From sequence record SRR31156797_2215: a stretch of DNA of 64,000 nucleotides. One strand, 5' to 3'. The notes below the pieces were generated by a model, which had not been told where the DNA came from, made no database searches, and saw only the letters and a list, made by a program, of their open reading frames with translations. The translations under genes were made by a program, and so were the position numbers. Each line of letters starts with the position of its first letter. The stretch's first letter is position 1. Below, piece after piece: positions 33,788 to 44,270 of the stretch.

Positions 33788-34510
33788 TCAAGCCCAAGAA
33801 AAATGATTCACGACTAGCCAGTCTCTGACTTCCGTCAGATCAGAAAAAGTTTTCACCTGTGCAGCTACTTCTTGCTCAAGTTTTGGCTGTTTAAGCAAAG
33901 GATACTTCCCATTTTTCTTGACTGGCAAAACACTTAAATCATCCGCAATCAGAAAAGCTGGGATCTTGGCTTGTTTTGCGGCTCTTATGCCGGCTAGAGA
34001 ATCTTCTAATACCAAGGCTGCTTCAGGCTTTACGCCTAATTGTTGGCATGCTGTCAGAAAGATTTCTGGATCAGGTTTGCCCTTTCGCACTTGATCCCCA
34101 GAAACCACCGTATCAAACCAATCTGGCATCTGTTCCATTTCAAAATACGCCTTGATTTTTTCTTTCGACGAAGAGGACGCCACGGCTATCAAGCAATCTT
34201 GTTTTTTTAATGCTTCCAATAGTTCAAGAAGGCCGGGCTTTTTGAACACCCGTTTTTCTTCAGCTAAAATCACTTCTTTCTGACGATTCATCGCTTCTCG
34301 CCACCGATCCGTTGGTACCGTACTGCCATAAAGTTCCTGCATCCCTTTACGAATATCTGCTTCCGTTCTGCCAGTCAGGTAATAATAAACATCTTGGCAA
34401 ACTTCAAAATCGTACTCCTCCGCGGCTCTTAAATAGGCGCGGTAAGCTAACCGACCTGTTTCAAACATCAAACCGTCCATATCAAAAATCACCAGTTTTA
34501 TCTTCTCCAT
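33788..34510 (-). CDS. HAD family phosphatase (beta-PGM-like)
   Basis: IFDMDGLM, VASSS, GKPDPEIF, LEDSLAG; ATG 34510 after AGGAGG. Confidence 0.9.
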   Translation of the reverse strand: MEKIKLVIFDMDGLMFETGRLAYRAYLRAAEEYDFEVCQDVYYYLTGRTEADIRKGMQELYGSTVPTDRWREAMNRQKEVILAEEKRVFKKPGLLELLEALKKQDCLIAVASSSSKEKIKAYFEMEQMPDWFDTVVSGDQVRKGKPDPEIFLTACQQLGVKPEAALVLEDSLAGIRAAKQAKIPAFLIADDLSVLPVKKNGKYPLLKQPKLEQEVAAQVKTFSDLTEVRDWLVVNHFSWA

Positions 34511-34540
34511 CCTATGGCCTCCTTTGCTTTTCTGCGAATA

Positions 34541-34582
34541 AAAAAGCAATGGTACCAAAATCCTTTGGCACCCATTGCTTCA
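34541..34582 (-). terminator. Terminator after eda
   Basis: AAGCAATGGGTGCCAAA..TTTGGTACCATTGCTT followed by a T-tract on the minus strand. Confidence 0.7.
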
Positions 34583-34606
34583 TCTTGTTTATTTACAGCT
34601 GACTGC

Positions 34607-35224
34607 TCAACTTAGCAATGATTTTACATGTACCAAATGGCTGTCAGCCTTTTCCCGCCCTTCTTTTACTAGCGCTTCTGACAGAATGAAGGAGCCGCCA
34701 ACCGCTAATACTTGCGGATCAGATAAATAGTCTTGAACATTTTCGAGAGTGATTCCGCCAGTTGGGACAAATCGAATATCGTAAAACGGACCACTGAGGG
34801 CTTTGATTGCCGACAAGCCCCCGTAGATATCCGCAGGGAAAAATTTCACAACTGATAAGCCATAATCCGTTGCCCGTTGAATGTCATTGGGGGTAGCTGT
34901 CCCTGGAAACACTGGAATGTTTTCGGCAAGACAAAATTCCACCACATCAGGTACAAGAGCAGGGGAAACAATAAAGCGCGCCCCTTTCTCAACCGCTGCT
35001 TTCGCTTGTTCTAAGGTGCGGACCGTGCCTGCGCCTACGATCAATTTGCCCGATTGAGAGAGTTTTTCAATCGCTTCTAAAGCAAGGTCACTGCGGAAGG
35101 TCACTTCAATAAAATACAGTTCATGCTCAATCAGCAGTGATTCTACTACTGGCAAATAGGTAAGGTCTGTTGCAGTGTAAAGAGGCAACACCCTTGTTTT
35201 TGCCAATTGTTCATAGAGTGTCAT
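34607..35224 (-). CDS. eda: KDPG/KHG aldolase
   Basis: IEVTFR, VGAGTV, FIVSP, VKFFPA, FVPTGGI, AVGGS. Confidence 0.95.
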   Translation of the reverse strand: MTLYEQLAKTRVLPLYTATDLTYLPVVESLLIEHELYFIEVTFRSDLALEAIEKLSQSGKLIVGAGTVRTLEQAKAAVEKGARFIVSPALVPDVVEFCLAENIPVFPGTATPNDIQRATDYGLSVVKFFPADIYGGLSAIKALSGPFYDIRFVPTGGITLENVQDYLSDPQVLAVGGSFILSEALVKEGREKADSHLVHVKSLLS

Positions 35225-36318
35225 ACGCTCTCTCCTCCCTTCGTTCCCCTCGATTGCATTTGCTCTTTCAAGACGGCTTCATGAAGCCCTTGAAGATAAC
35301 TGATACCAATCGCGCGATCATACAGACCATAGCCTGGCATCGCCACTTCCCCCCAGATCGTCCGCCCGTGATCAGGACGGATGACACCATCAAAACCGAC
35401 CTCAACCAAGGCTTTCATAATGGCATACATATCTAACGATCCTTCAGTGGAAAGATGGGCAGATTCTTTAAATTTGCGTTCCCCCATAAACAACACATTG
35501 CGAAAATGAACAAAGTTGATGCGGCCTTTTAAGCCATGAACGATCTCCACCATGTCGTTTTCTGGATCGGCACCTAACGAACCGGTGCACAACGTTACCC
35601 CATTATAAGGCGAATCCACGATGGCCATGATTTTTTTCAAGTCCTCTAAATTTTTGGTGATCCGTGGCAAACCAAAAATTTCCCAAGGTGGATCGTCCGG
35701 ATGGATCGCCATTTTCACATCTACTTCTTCACACACAGGAATGATCCGCTTTAAGAAATAGCTTAAGTTATCAAAGAGGATCTCTTGAGTGACCCCTTCA
35801 TAAGTTGCCATCAAACGCTGGAACTTTTTCAGTCGTTCTTCTTCCCAGCCTGGCAATTTAAAGCCTTTTGATTGGCTATGGATCAGCGTATACATCTCAC
35901 TAGGTTCCATATCATCCACAACGGCTTGATCATAGAGCAAAGAGAAGCTGCCATCCTCGTTTTGATAAAATAGATTTGTTTTGGCCCAGCCGAAGATCGG
36001 TTTGAAGCTATAGCAGATCATATGTACATCACAAGCTGCTAAATTCCGAATTGTTTGAATATATTGATCGATGTAGTGATCCCGTTCCTCTGTTCCGGCT
36101 TTGATCGCATCGTGGATCGCCACACTCTCAATCCCTAATAGTGAAAGATGCTCTTTTTCAATTGATGCTTTTAGTGCGTTGATTTCGGAAATCTCCCAGA
36201 CATCTCCAGGCATTTTATTTAGAAGTGTTCCTACAATGCCGTGCATTCCTGGAATTTGTCGAATATTCGTTAACGGGATCGTATCCCCTTCCCCGTACCA
36301 TCGAAACCCCCATTGCAT
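35221..36318 (-). CDS. uxuA: Mannonate dehydratase family protein
   Basis: FRWYG, IESVAIH, LPGW, MAIHPDDPP, TLCTGS, HFRNV, RPDHG, GYGLYDRA. Confidence 0.9.
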   Translation of the reverse strand: MQWGFRWYGEGDTIPLTNIRQIPGMHGIVGTLLNKMPGDVWEISEINALKASIEKEHLSLLGIESVAIHDAIKAGTEERDHYIDQYIQTIRNLAACDVHMICYSFKPIFGWAKTNLFYQNEDGSFSLLYDQAVVDDMEPSEMYTLIHSQSKGFKLPGWEEERLKKFQRLMATYEGVTQEILFDNLSYFLKRIIPVCEEVDVKMAIHPDDPPWEIFGLPRITKNLEDLKKIMAIVDSPYNGVTLCTGSLGADPENDMVEIVHGLKGRINFVHFRNVLFMGERKFKESAHLSTEGSLDMYAIMKALVEVGFDGVIRPDHGRTIWGEVAMPGYGLYDRAIGISYLQGLHEAVLKEQMQSRGTKGGESV

Positions 36319-36338
36319 TTGCTGTCATCCTTTCGTTT

Positions 36339-36794
36339 TTAAAAATCATCGTCCTCATCAGTTTCTTCGCTACTATCACCTGCTGAAGAATTGTGCCAAA
36401 GCGCTACACTGTTTTCTCCTTGCTGGATCACTGCTGCCACCGCCTGTTCAATCGGTGTCGCCAAAAATTGGTGATTGATTGCTTCTAATACCATCGGTAG
36501 ATTCACTCCGCCGATCACATACGTCTTTTCCTGAAGTGGTTCATCTAATTGATTGATCGTAACAACCGACTGATTGTAGGGACTGGCACTCAATAGATCA
36601 GCAAACACCAAGACACCGTCCCCTTGATCTGTTTCATGAATCGCTTCATGGATTTTGTTTCCCAGAAGTTGAATATCCTCTCCGTGGTTCAAATTAACGA
36701 CCGCAATATTTTCGACACTGCCCATGATCACCTCTGCAGCATCTTTAAAACCAGTACTCAGCTGTCCGTGAGTTGCCAATACGATTCCTAACAA
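36339..36794 (-). CDS. PTS mannose/fructose family EIIA
   Basis: [20 protein letters not shown]. Confidence 0.92.
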   Translation of the reverse strand: MLGIVLATHGQLSTGFKDAAEVIMGSVENIAVVNLNHGEDIQLLGNKIHEAIHETDQGDGVLVFADLLSASPYNQSVVTINQLDEPLQEKTYVIGGVNLPMVLEAINHQFLATPIEQAVAAVIQQGENSVALWHNSSAGDSSEETDEDDDF

Positions 36795-36818
36795 ATGTTA
36801 TTCCTCCTTTTTCGCTTC

Positions 36819-37694
36819 CTAACCAAATAACGCAAGAACTTTTTGCATATTCCTCAGATTCAGCTCTTTTTGCTTTAATTGTTTTCTAGGCAGCACATAC
36901 GTCTGATCCTGCTGCTTTTCTGCACAAAACAGATAGTTGATGCTGCCCATTGCTTCACTACTGTGTTCGATCGCCAACTGCTGCAGTTGCCCTTCATTGA
37001 ATTGCTTGCCGATAGCTCGAATCGGAGCATCGGCACCAATAGAATCTAAATAATAAATCTTCGCATTCGGCCTTACTGAATCACGTAACACTTCCAACCC
37101 GCGTTCTCCGTAACTTCCGTCATCAAGAAATGCGAAGGCCGTCGCTGTTTGACTGTTTTGACTGATCAAGGACAGCAGCGCTAAGATAGAGGAGGTATTG
37201 CGGGTTAGATTTTGCTGAAATCCTGCCCCGCGGCTTACGCGATTTAATAGCAGAAAATAAATACCGACCCCTGAAGCAAAAAGCGCTGTTTGCCACGACA
37301 ATAAGGGAAATCTCCCTGAGGCAAAGTGGATATAAAGCCAAGTCCCCAACAACCCTAAAAGAATCATCACTGCTGAAGCAGTCAGAATAAATTGATTTGT
37401 TTTACGGCCTTGCTCCTGCCGATCAAAAAAATGGTAATCGCCGAAATGCTCTGGCGGTGTATCATAATATGTGCAGATGATCCGTTTTGCTTTGGTCAGA
37501 TCACCAACATACAAATTGCGTGAGGCGTTTTTTTTCGTGTGATCATACTCGATCACCTGAAGGTCTTTGCGAAATGGAATGATATCCGCGATGAGTGCCT
37601 TCAAAAATCTTTGTTTGCTTTTATCCGTTGATCGCGACCGATAGACATACCGATAACGAAAAAGCCAATCACGAAATGCTTCTGTTTGATTCAT
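36819..37694 (-). CDS. Membrane protein with degenerate M28 peptidase-like fold
   Basis: YYDTP, RNTSS, FLDDGSYG, YLDSIG in M28 motif order; two TM helices; AGGAG RBS. Confidence 0.6.
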   Translation of the reverse strand: MNQTEAFRDWLFRYRYVYRSRSTDKSKQRFLKALIADIIPFRKDLQVIEYDHTKKNASRNLYVGDLTKAKRIICTYYDTPPEHFGDYHFFDRQEQGRKTNQFILTASAVMILLGLLGTWLYIHFASGRFPLLSWQTALFASGVGIYFLLLNRVSRGAGFQQNLTRNTSSILALLSLISQNSQTATAFAFLDDGSYGERGLEVLRDSVRPNAKIYYLDSIGADAPIRAIGKQFNEGQLQQLAIEHSSEAMGSINYLFCAEKQQDQTYVLPRKQLKQKELNLRNMQKVLALFG

Positions 37695-37796
37695 GGCGGA
37701 TTCTCCTATTCACAAATTACTGACAAGGAAGGAGGAACTCTATTTTTATAAGACCCTCCGCCTTCCTCTTCAACAGATGACGAACGCGCTCAATGA

Positions 37797-38303
37797 TTAC
37801 AAATTGAACTGCTTCAACACATCTTTAAGGGTTGATTTCGGTGCAGAAGGTGTTGCTTGAAAATAGATTGATTCCACACCGTACGCTTCGTTCATTTCTT
37901 TGAGTTTTTGCGCATCAGCTTGATTTAAATAAACAGATTTTGTTACCAAGAGATCTTTCTCGGGATCTTTTTGGGCGATACCGCCTATGTTCAATTCTTT
38001 CATTGGCACGCCGTGTTTGACTAAGTCGTACATCACACTGACGGTTTTAGCGATCAAAATACAGTTGTAATCTTTGAAGTTGTATTCATCCCAGTAAAAT
38101 TTGGCTTTTTCTGGTGTAACGACGATCGTTTTTTGCCCTGTGCGGCTACCGGCATTTTTGTATAATTCCCGCATGAACTTATCCTTAGCTACTACCTCAT
38201 CCACTACAAAGATCGAGTTGACTCCGCTTTTTTGCGACAAGGTCATCATGACCTGCCCATGGATCAATCGTTCATCTACTCGTGCTAAATTTACTACACC
38301 CAT
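37797..38303 (-). CDS. PTS mannose family EIIB
   Basis: RVDERLIHGQV; LNIGG. Confidence 0.94.
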   Translation of the reverse strand: MGVVNLARVDERLIHGQVMMTLSQKSGVNSIFVVDEVVAKDKFMRELYKNAGSRTGQKTIVVTPEKAKFYWDEYNFKDYNCILIAKTVSVMYDLVKHGVPMKELNIGGIAQKDPEKDLLVTKSVYLNQADAQKLKEMNEAYGVESIYFQATPSAPKSTLKDVLKQFNL

Positions 38304-38321
38304 TGTTGACACTTCCTTTTC

Positions 38322-39179
38322 TTATAAAATACCGACACCGGCTAAAATAATCAGAATCAAAGTCAGCCATAGCAATGCTTGCGTGACTTTTAATCCTTTC
38401 TTTGTATAGAACCAGTAGACGCCCATTACAACTGCTAACGGCAAGATCCCTGGTACAATCTGATCAAGGATATCTTGGATAATAAATTCTCGTCCAGAAA
38501 TATCAAACTGCAGCGAAGAACTGACTTTGACATAGTTTCCAGCCAGAACCCCCATCATAAACAAACCGAGAACCGACAGTGTTTCAATGGCAGTTTGAAC
38601 ACCTGTACTCTGCATCAAGCCAGTTGCGTTGCGTCCCATTGAGAACGCTTGGCGGGCAAAAAACATTCCTAGAGAAACTTGATACAGTGCAAAGCAAATG
38701 AACGGAAACAACGCACCTAGCGGACTTCCTTGCTGTGCCCAAGGGACGGCAATCGCAATAAAGATATATTGAACGGTTCCTGAGTCGATGGCATCCCCGA
38801 TTCCTGCTAAAGCACCCATCAAACCAGCTTTCGTGTTGTACATTAGATCATCCTGCATCAAGATCTCTTTTTTCTCATGCTCTTCCTCGGCCCGCTGTTG
38901 TTCCATTGATGACATCAGCCCAGTAATAACACCGCCACCCCAACTTAGCTGGGTATTGAAAAACAACAGTTGGCGTTTGTAGGCAGCTTTCAGTGCCTCA
39001 TCGTCTTTGTAAAGTTTGCGCAAAATCGGCATCATGGCGTATAAAAGCGATGGTGATAAATACCGTTCAAACGAATGCGGGATCTCATTGGCGAAATGCC
39101 ATCTTAGGTATGCTTTTGTGACATCTTTCTTCGTGATTTCTTCCGGTGCGCCTTGCGCTTTTTGAATTATTTCGGTCAT
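38322..39179 (-). CDS. PTS mannose family EIID
   Basis: FFNTQ, KAGLMGALAGIGDA, LGLFMMG, DQIVPGILP. Confidence 0.93.
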   Translation of the reverse strand: MTEIIQKAQGAPEEITKKDVTKAYLRWHFANEIPHSFERYLSPSLLYAMMPILRKLYKDDEALKAAYKRQLLFFNTQLSWGGGVITGLMSSMEQQRAEEEHEKKEILMQDDLMYNTKAGLMGALAGIGDAIDSGTVQYIFIAIAVPWAQQGSPLGALFPFICFALYQVSLGMFFARQAFSMGRNATGLMQSTGVQTAIETLSVLGLFMMGVLAGNYVKVSSSLQFDISGREFIIQDILDQIVPGILPLAVVMGVYWFYTKKGLKVTQALLWLTLILIILAGVGIL

Positions 39180-39198
39180 TACTGCTCCTCCTTATCGA

Positions 39199-40032
39199 TT
39201 AGAACCCGTCATCATAGTCATCGTCATCATCAAAGGATGGTGATGCTGTATTCGTTTCTGGGGCTGGGGCCAATTTTCCTTTTTGTGACTGAACAAAAAT
39301 CAACGCGATCAAAATACCAAAAATCGCATAGGTGACCATGGTAATTTCTAGCGAACTGAAAACTACACTCATGAAATAGGCCAAGAAGAAAAAGACCATA
39401 TAATCTTTTCGACCGATCACATAGACGGTAGTTGCAATCCCGATCGCTGCCAATCCGCCGCCGACTACTTCTAAAATATGGATAACGACTGTCCCCTCAA
39501 GAGCATTGATGACATCAGCAATCAGTGGAGCGCCTAAATAAAGTGCAATAAATACCAGCGGAACAAATAAAATAAATGAAGCCAGCGTTGGGTATAAAAT
39601 AATTGAACGAGTCATTGCTTTGTCATTAAGATCTTCCACTGCTTTATCCGTATATTTTCCTAAGAAGGTATTGATAAAGAAACGGAACTGATACAAATAA
39701 CTCCCTAGCAAACCAACAGGTACGGCAACAGCAATCGCTGCTTCTGGTTGCAGATTTCCTAGCAAAGCTACCGGTACGGCAATCGCCGCTGCAATCGAAG
39801 GTTCCGCCGGCATGGATCCGCCGGGAGAAAATACCCCCATGTAAATCATTTGTAAAGCGGCAGTGACGATCATGGCTTGAGGCACATTTCCCATCACCAG
39901 TCCGACAACTAATCCCGTCATCAACGGTGAAAAACGTAAAGTCAGTGTGGCGCCTCCGCCGAGCCAACGAGACATGACTGCTGCAACCCATAGCGCAATC
40001 AGTAAACTTTGTGTAACACTTAATGTATCCAT
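39199..40032 (-). CDS. PTS mannose family EIIC
   Basis: PLMTGLVVGLVMG, PGGSMP, AIAVAVPVG, GGGLAAIG. Confidence 0.92.
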   Translation of the reverse strand: MDTLSVTQSLLIALWVAAVMSRWLGGGATLTLRFSPLMTGLVVGLVMGNVPQAMIVTAALQMIYMGVFSPGGSMPAEPSIAAAIAVPVALLGNLQPEAAIAVAVPVGLLGSYLYQFRFFINTFLGKYTDKAVEDLNDKAMTRSIILYPTLASFILFVPLVFIALYLGAPLIADVINALEGTVVIHILEVVGGGLAAIGIATTVYVIGRKDYMVFFFLAYFMSVVFSSLEITMVTYAIFGILIALIFVQSQKGKLAPAPETNTASPSFDDDDDYDDGF

Positions 40033-40043
40033 TTTTCCTCCTC

Positions 40044-41156
40044 CTAAACTTCTTTCAAATAGTTTTCTAAATCAAGAACAGCTTCTTTCAAGCGTTCTTT
40101 GGTGATTAAGACTGGAATCAAGTGTACTTTTTCTTTTGAATCTATGAACTGCACCAACTGATCAATGACTTGTGCATCTTCAGGAAAAATACCCATTTGA
40201 TGTAAACTCATTGGTAAGTGCAATTCTTGATAAAAGGGGATCAACTGATCGATGACCGTCCATTTTTCTTCAAGCGCTAATTGATAAAACATCCCATAGG
40301 CAACCTTTTCCCCGTGAAGAAAACGATGACTCTCAGGCAGATATTTACTGATGGCATCATGCATCGCATGCGCCGCTGCATTGCGGGCATATTTATCGCC
40401 TAGCCCGCCTACCATTCCAGCAACTGCAATAACGATCTCCGACAAATGACAAAAGGCGTCTGTCACTTCCTGCCGCTTCATATCTTCAATCGCTTGTTTC
40501 GATTGTGTCAAAATAGCTGTTTCGCATAATTTTGCTGTATAGCCTGCCAGTTGCAAGAAAGGCTCATTTTTCAAATGTGGTTGGGCTAAGATTGCTTCCG
40601 ATTCAATCCACTTTGCCAACGTATCTGCTAAACCGGCGATAAAGTAGGAGACTGGTGCATCGATCACTAACGTCGGATCGGTAATCAAAAAAGCAGCCTG
40701 TCTTAAATAGTGTTCCGACTTCCCTTCAGATTCTCCCGACTCTTTATACATGACAGACAAGGGTGTCCATGGTGCACAATTACTGGCCAATGTTGGGATC
40801 AGTCCAAAGGGTCGATTGACTACATGTGCTGCATATCCCACTAAGTCGGCTAACTTCCCGCCACCAACCCCCAGAATAAAATCGATCGCCAGTTCTTCAA
40901 CAAGATCAGCAATCAGTCCAGCGCCATAATAGCTACATTCTCCTGTGTAGCGATGATAAAAAATTTCCAAATGCCCATCTTCTAAAAAGGGTAATTTTGG
41001 TTTCGCTTTTTCCCATGAAACCGTTCCATGTACGAGCAGCAGTCGTTTTACTTTGTACTCTTTTAATACTTCCGGCACATAGTCGATCGCGCCTTCATGG
41101 TAACGATAAACTTGCGGTCCAACCTTTACTTTTAAATCCGTTAGCACGAGCTTCAC
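40044..41156 (-). CDS. Glycerol dehydrogenase-like (iron-containing ADH superfamily) oxidoreductase
   Basis: GVGGGK, PTLASNCA, DTLAKW, AHAMH, LHGEKVA. Confidence 0.88.
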   Translation of the reverse strand: MKLVLTDLKVKVGPQVYRYHEGAIDYVPEVLKEYKVKRLLLVHGTVSWEKAKPKLPFLEDGHLEIFYHRYTGECSYYGAGLIADLVEELAIDFILGVGGGKLADLVGYAAHVVNRPFGLIPTLASNCAPWTPLSVMYKESGESEGKSEHYLRQAAFLITDPTLVIDAPVSYFIAGLADTLAKWIESEAILAQPHLKNEPFLQLAGYTAKLCETAILTQSKQAIEDMKRQEVTDAFCHLSEIVIAVAGMVGGLGDKYARNAAAHAMHDAISKYLPESHRFLHGEKVAYGMFYQLALEEKWTVIDQLIPFYQELHLPMSLHQMGIFPEDAQVIDQLVQFIDSKEKVHLIPVLITKERLKEAVLDLENYLKEV

Positions 41157-41162
41157 TCTCCT

Positions 41163-42164
41163 TTATACAGCCAAAAACCGACTTTCCGCTTGAACAGCAC
41201 GGTCTGGCAGCAGTCCCTTAACGATTCGTTCAATATCCGTTACACATTTGTTTCCCATCTCTTCTAAGCATTCCATAGTATAAGCTGATGTATGCGGTGT
41301 CATAACTATATTTTCAAAAGCTAAATACGGATGATCTTTATGACCAGGCTCTTCCTCTAAGACATCGGTGGCAAGACCAGCGATTTTCCCACTTTTTAAT
41401 CCGCTTACAATTGCCTCTTCATTCAAAAGTGCGCCACGGGCACTATTGGAGAGATACACTTGATCTTTCATTTTTGAAATTTCTTCAAAGGAAATCATAT
41501 GATAATTTTCCTCCGTCAAGTTAGCACATAGACAAATAATATCTGATTTTGCTAGCAGCTCGTCTAGCTCGACTTTTTTTCCGCCATAGCTTTGAATATG
41601 CAAAGCGGACTTATATGGATCGTATGCCAAAATCTCGCAGCGGAAACCATTTCTCAATATTTCTACTACACAACTTCCAGTATTGCCGACACCAATCACG
41701 CCTACTGTCTTGTTAAATAGTGCGCGTCCGACAAAGTTCGCTCGTTTTTCCCATTGATCTTCGCGGACTTTTGTATTCGATTCAACTGTACAGCGCAGAA
41801 GCGCCAATAGATTGGTCACATTATTTTCTGCTACTGCATCACGCTCGACCAAAGCTGGAATGATCGAAACAATCGTTTGGTGGTCCTTCGCTGCTTCTAA
41901 ATCAATATTGTTATAGCCGATCCCGTGGCGTGTGATCAGTAGCAATTCATCTTTGTACTCAAAAAATTCTTTGGTAAAAAATGGGGTAACACTTGCTATA
42001 ATGATGTTGTATCCCTTAAGCTTTTCTGCCAATTCTTTCCCGTTGATTTCGCTATCGAACGTGAAAGGACTGACAGTTCCGATTGCTTTCAACCGCTCGA
42101 TATGTTGCGGAAAGATTTTTCCAAAGCTGCTGGAATTCACTATAGCGATCTTAAACTGTTCCAT
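41163..42164 (-). CDS. D-isomer-specific 2-hydroxyacid dehydrogenase
   Basis: RHGIGYNNID, GVIGVGNTG, NSARG, DVLEEEP, TPH. Confidence 0.92.
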   Translation of the reverse strand: MEQFKIAIVNSSSFGKIFPQHIERLKAIGTVSPFTFDSEINGKELAEKLKGYNIIIASVTPFFTKEFFEYKDELLLITRHGIGYNNIDLEAAKDHQTIVSIIPALVERDAVAENNVTNLLALLRCTVESNTKVREDQWEKRANFVGRALFNKTVGVIGVGNTGSCVVEILRNGFRCEILAYDPYKSALHIQSYGGKKVELDELLAKSDIICLCANLTEENYHMISFEEISKMKDQVYLSNSARGALLNEEAIVSGLKSGKIAGLATDVLEEEPGHKDHPYLAFENIVMTPHTSAYTMECLEEMGNKCVTDIERIVKGLLPDRAVQAESRFLAV

Positions 42165-42175
42165 ATTCTTCCTCC

Positions 42176-43075
42176 TTACTCTTTTGCAACAATCTCATGA
42201 CCACCAAAACCATTCCTTAGCGCAGAGACGACTTTTGCTGAGAAACTGTCTTCTTCTTGGGACAAATTTCTCATAAACAAACTCATAGCGATCGTCGGTA
42301 CAGCAACATTCATCTCCAAAGCCGTTTCCACTGTCCACCTAGCTTCACCAGAAGCTGCAACAACCCCGCGATATTCCTCCAACTTAGGGCTCTCATTAAA
42401 TTGGGCCGCTGCGATTTCCATCAGCCAGCTGCGAATAACCGATCCATGATTCCATACCTCCGCGACGGAAGCCAAATCAAAGTTATAGGCACTTTGTTCA
42501 ATCAATTGAAAGCCTTCACCGATCGCTTGCATCATTCCATATTCGATACCGTTATGGACCATCTTTAGAAAATGACCGCTTCCTGATTCCCCTGCGTAAA
42601 GGTAGCCTCCTAAAACAGCCACATCTGCAAACAAAGATTCCACCTCTAAAAAAGCGATCTCATTCCCGCCAATCATCAAACATGCATCTTTTCTAGCTCC
42701 GGAAACCCCACCAGAAGTCCCACAATCAAAGTAATGCACCTCTTTTTCTTTAAACCAGGCTGCTCGGCGAATCGAATCTTTGTAATTAGAATTTCCGCCT
42801 TCAATCACGATATCTTTCGCTGATACAAGGGTCCATAGTTCTTCAAGAACCCCCTCAGTCACCGTTCCCGCAGGAAGCATCAACCATAAAATCCGTCGGC
42901 CGCTAAAGGAATTCGTCAAATCAGCTAGCGTTTGATAGAGTGTGATTCCAGCTTCTTGCGCTGTTTTCTGCGCATGTACCGAAAGATCCAGCCCTTTTAC
43001 TTGATAACCTTGATCTTTTAAATTGAGGGCTAAGTTCAATCCCATTTTTCCAAGTCCGATAATTCCTACCTCCAT
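42176..43075 (-). CDS. gnd: 6-phosphogluconate dehydrogenase (decarboxylating), short form
   Basis: GLGKMG, DCGTSGG, GHFLKMVHNGIEYG, ALRNGFGGH. Confidence 0.94.
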   Translation of the reverse strand: MEVGIIGLGKMGLNLALNLKDQGYQVKGLDLSVHAQKTAQEAGITLYQTLADLTNSFSGRRILWLMLPAGTVTEGVLEELWTLVSAKDIVIEGGNSNYKDSIRRAAWFKEKEVHYFDCGTSGGVSGARKDACLMIGGNEIAFLEVESLFADVAVLGGYLYAGESGSGHFLKMVHNGIEYGMMQAIGEGFQLIEQSAYNFDLASVAEVWNHGSVIRSWLMEIAAAQFNESPKLEEYRGVVAASGEARWTVETALEMNVAVPTIAMSLFMRNLSQEEDSFSAKVVSALRNGFGGHEIVAKE

Positions 43076-43100
43076 GATAGCGCCTCCATTTCATACTTCC

Positions 43101-43128
43101 ATTATACAAAAAAATATTTTTTTGTAAA
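43101..43128 (-). promoter_or_regulatory. gnd-operon promoter region containing the 22-bp palindrome TACAAAAAAATATTTTTTTGTA (candidate RpiR operator)
   Basis: TATAAT at 43101-43106 (minus); the palindrome at 43105-43126 fills the spacer. Confidence 0.6.
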
Positions 43129-43227
43129 CAATAAAAATAAAAATAATTTTTATTTGCTTTTTTTCTTTAAAAGAGGTAACGTAACAATACAAAGATGATA
43201 ATGTTCATATAAAGGAGGTAACCGTCT

Positions 43228-44079
43228 TTGACTGTTTCGATTCGACTGCAAATAAAAACGCTTTATAAAGACTTAAGTCTCAAAGAACAAGCGATTGCCG
43301 ACTACATTTTGGAAAATCCTAGTAAAGTCAGCCACAGTTCAATCAGTGATTTATCCAATGAATTAGGCATCGCTGATTCGACCTTTTTTCAATTCACAAA
43401 AAAACTCGGTTACAACGGATTTAAAGACTTCAAAATGGCAATGCTGATGCAGGAAAATGATTTTTCTGCCATTTCGATCCATGAAAATATCCAGAAGTCT
43501 GATAATGAATTGACTATGGCTCAAAAAGTATTTGATTCCAATATGACCACACTGACTGATACCAAAAATCTTTTAAAAGAAGAAGATTTAAAGATTGCTG
43601 CTGCAATGATCAATAAATCTAAACGACTTTTTTTCTTCGGCGTTGGTGGTTCAGAAATCGTGGCAACCGATGCCTATCACAAATTTTTGCGCTCGCCGAT
43701 CACTGTTTTCCACAGCAGTGATTATCACATCCAACTGATGGAGGCTTCATTGTTGACGCCAGATGATTGCGGCATTTTTATCTCTCATACTGGAAAATCA
43801 AGAGAAACCATTGAACTAGCTCAAGTTGCCAAAAACAATGGTGCCAAAATTATCGTCATTACTAGCCATGCTGCTTCTCCTTTAGCCAAACTCGGCGACG
43901 TGGTTTTCATCTCTATTTCCGAAGAAACTGAGTTTCGCTCAGAGGCATTGGCATCCAGAATCGCTCAACTGAGCATCATGGATTCCCTCTATGTCATCTT
44001 AATGTTTATTAATCGAGACAAAGCACAACAATCGATTGCCAAAATTCGGCGCTCCATTTCAAAAATCAAAGAACCCTGA
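43228..44079 (+). CDS. MurR/RpiR family regulator
   Basis: IADYIL, KKLGYNGFKDFK, SIS domain FFGVGGS, ISHTG; TTG start after AAGGAGG. Confidence 0.93.
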   Translation: MTVSIRLQIKTLYKDLSLKEQAIADYILENPSKVSHSSISDLSNELGIADSTFFQFTKKLGYNGFKDFKMAMLMQENDFSAISIHENIQKSDNELTMAQKVFDSNMTTLTDTKNLLKEEDLKIAAAMINKSKRLFFFGVGGSEIVATDAYHKFLRSPITVFHSSDYHIQLMEASLLTPDDCGIFISHTGKSRETIELAQVAKNNGAKIIVITSHAASPLAKLGDVVFISISEETEFRSEALASRIAQLSIMDSLYVILMFINRDKAQQSIAKIRRSISKIKEP

Positions 44080-44270
44080 GAAGGGAAGAAAAAAACTTAA
44101 CATTTTTCTGTGTTTCGCTAAATCTTTTGTGAATCACGGTTGATATGCAAAAAAACTTGTGTGTTTTTTCCTGTCCTCTTCTTTGGTTTCTTAACAACTT
44201 TTTCAGTTCTGAAATTCAACTGCGGTGAGCCTGCCAAAAATCTTGTCCCTTACTCTTGCTGATATTCGCA

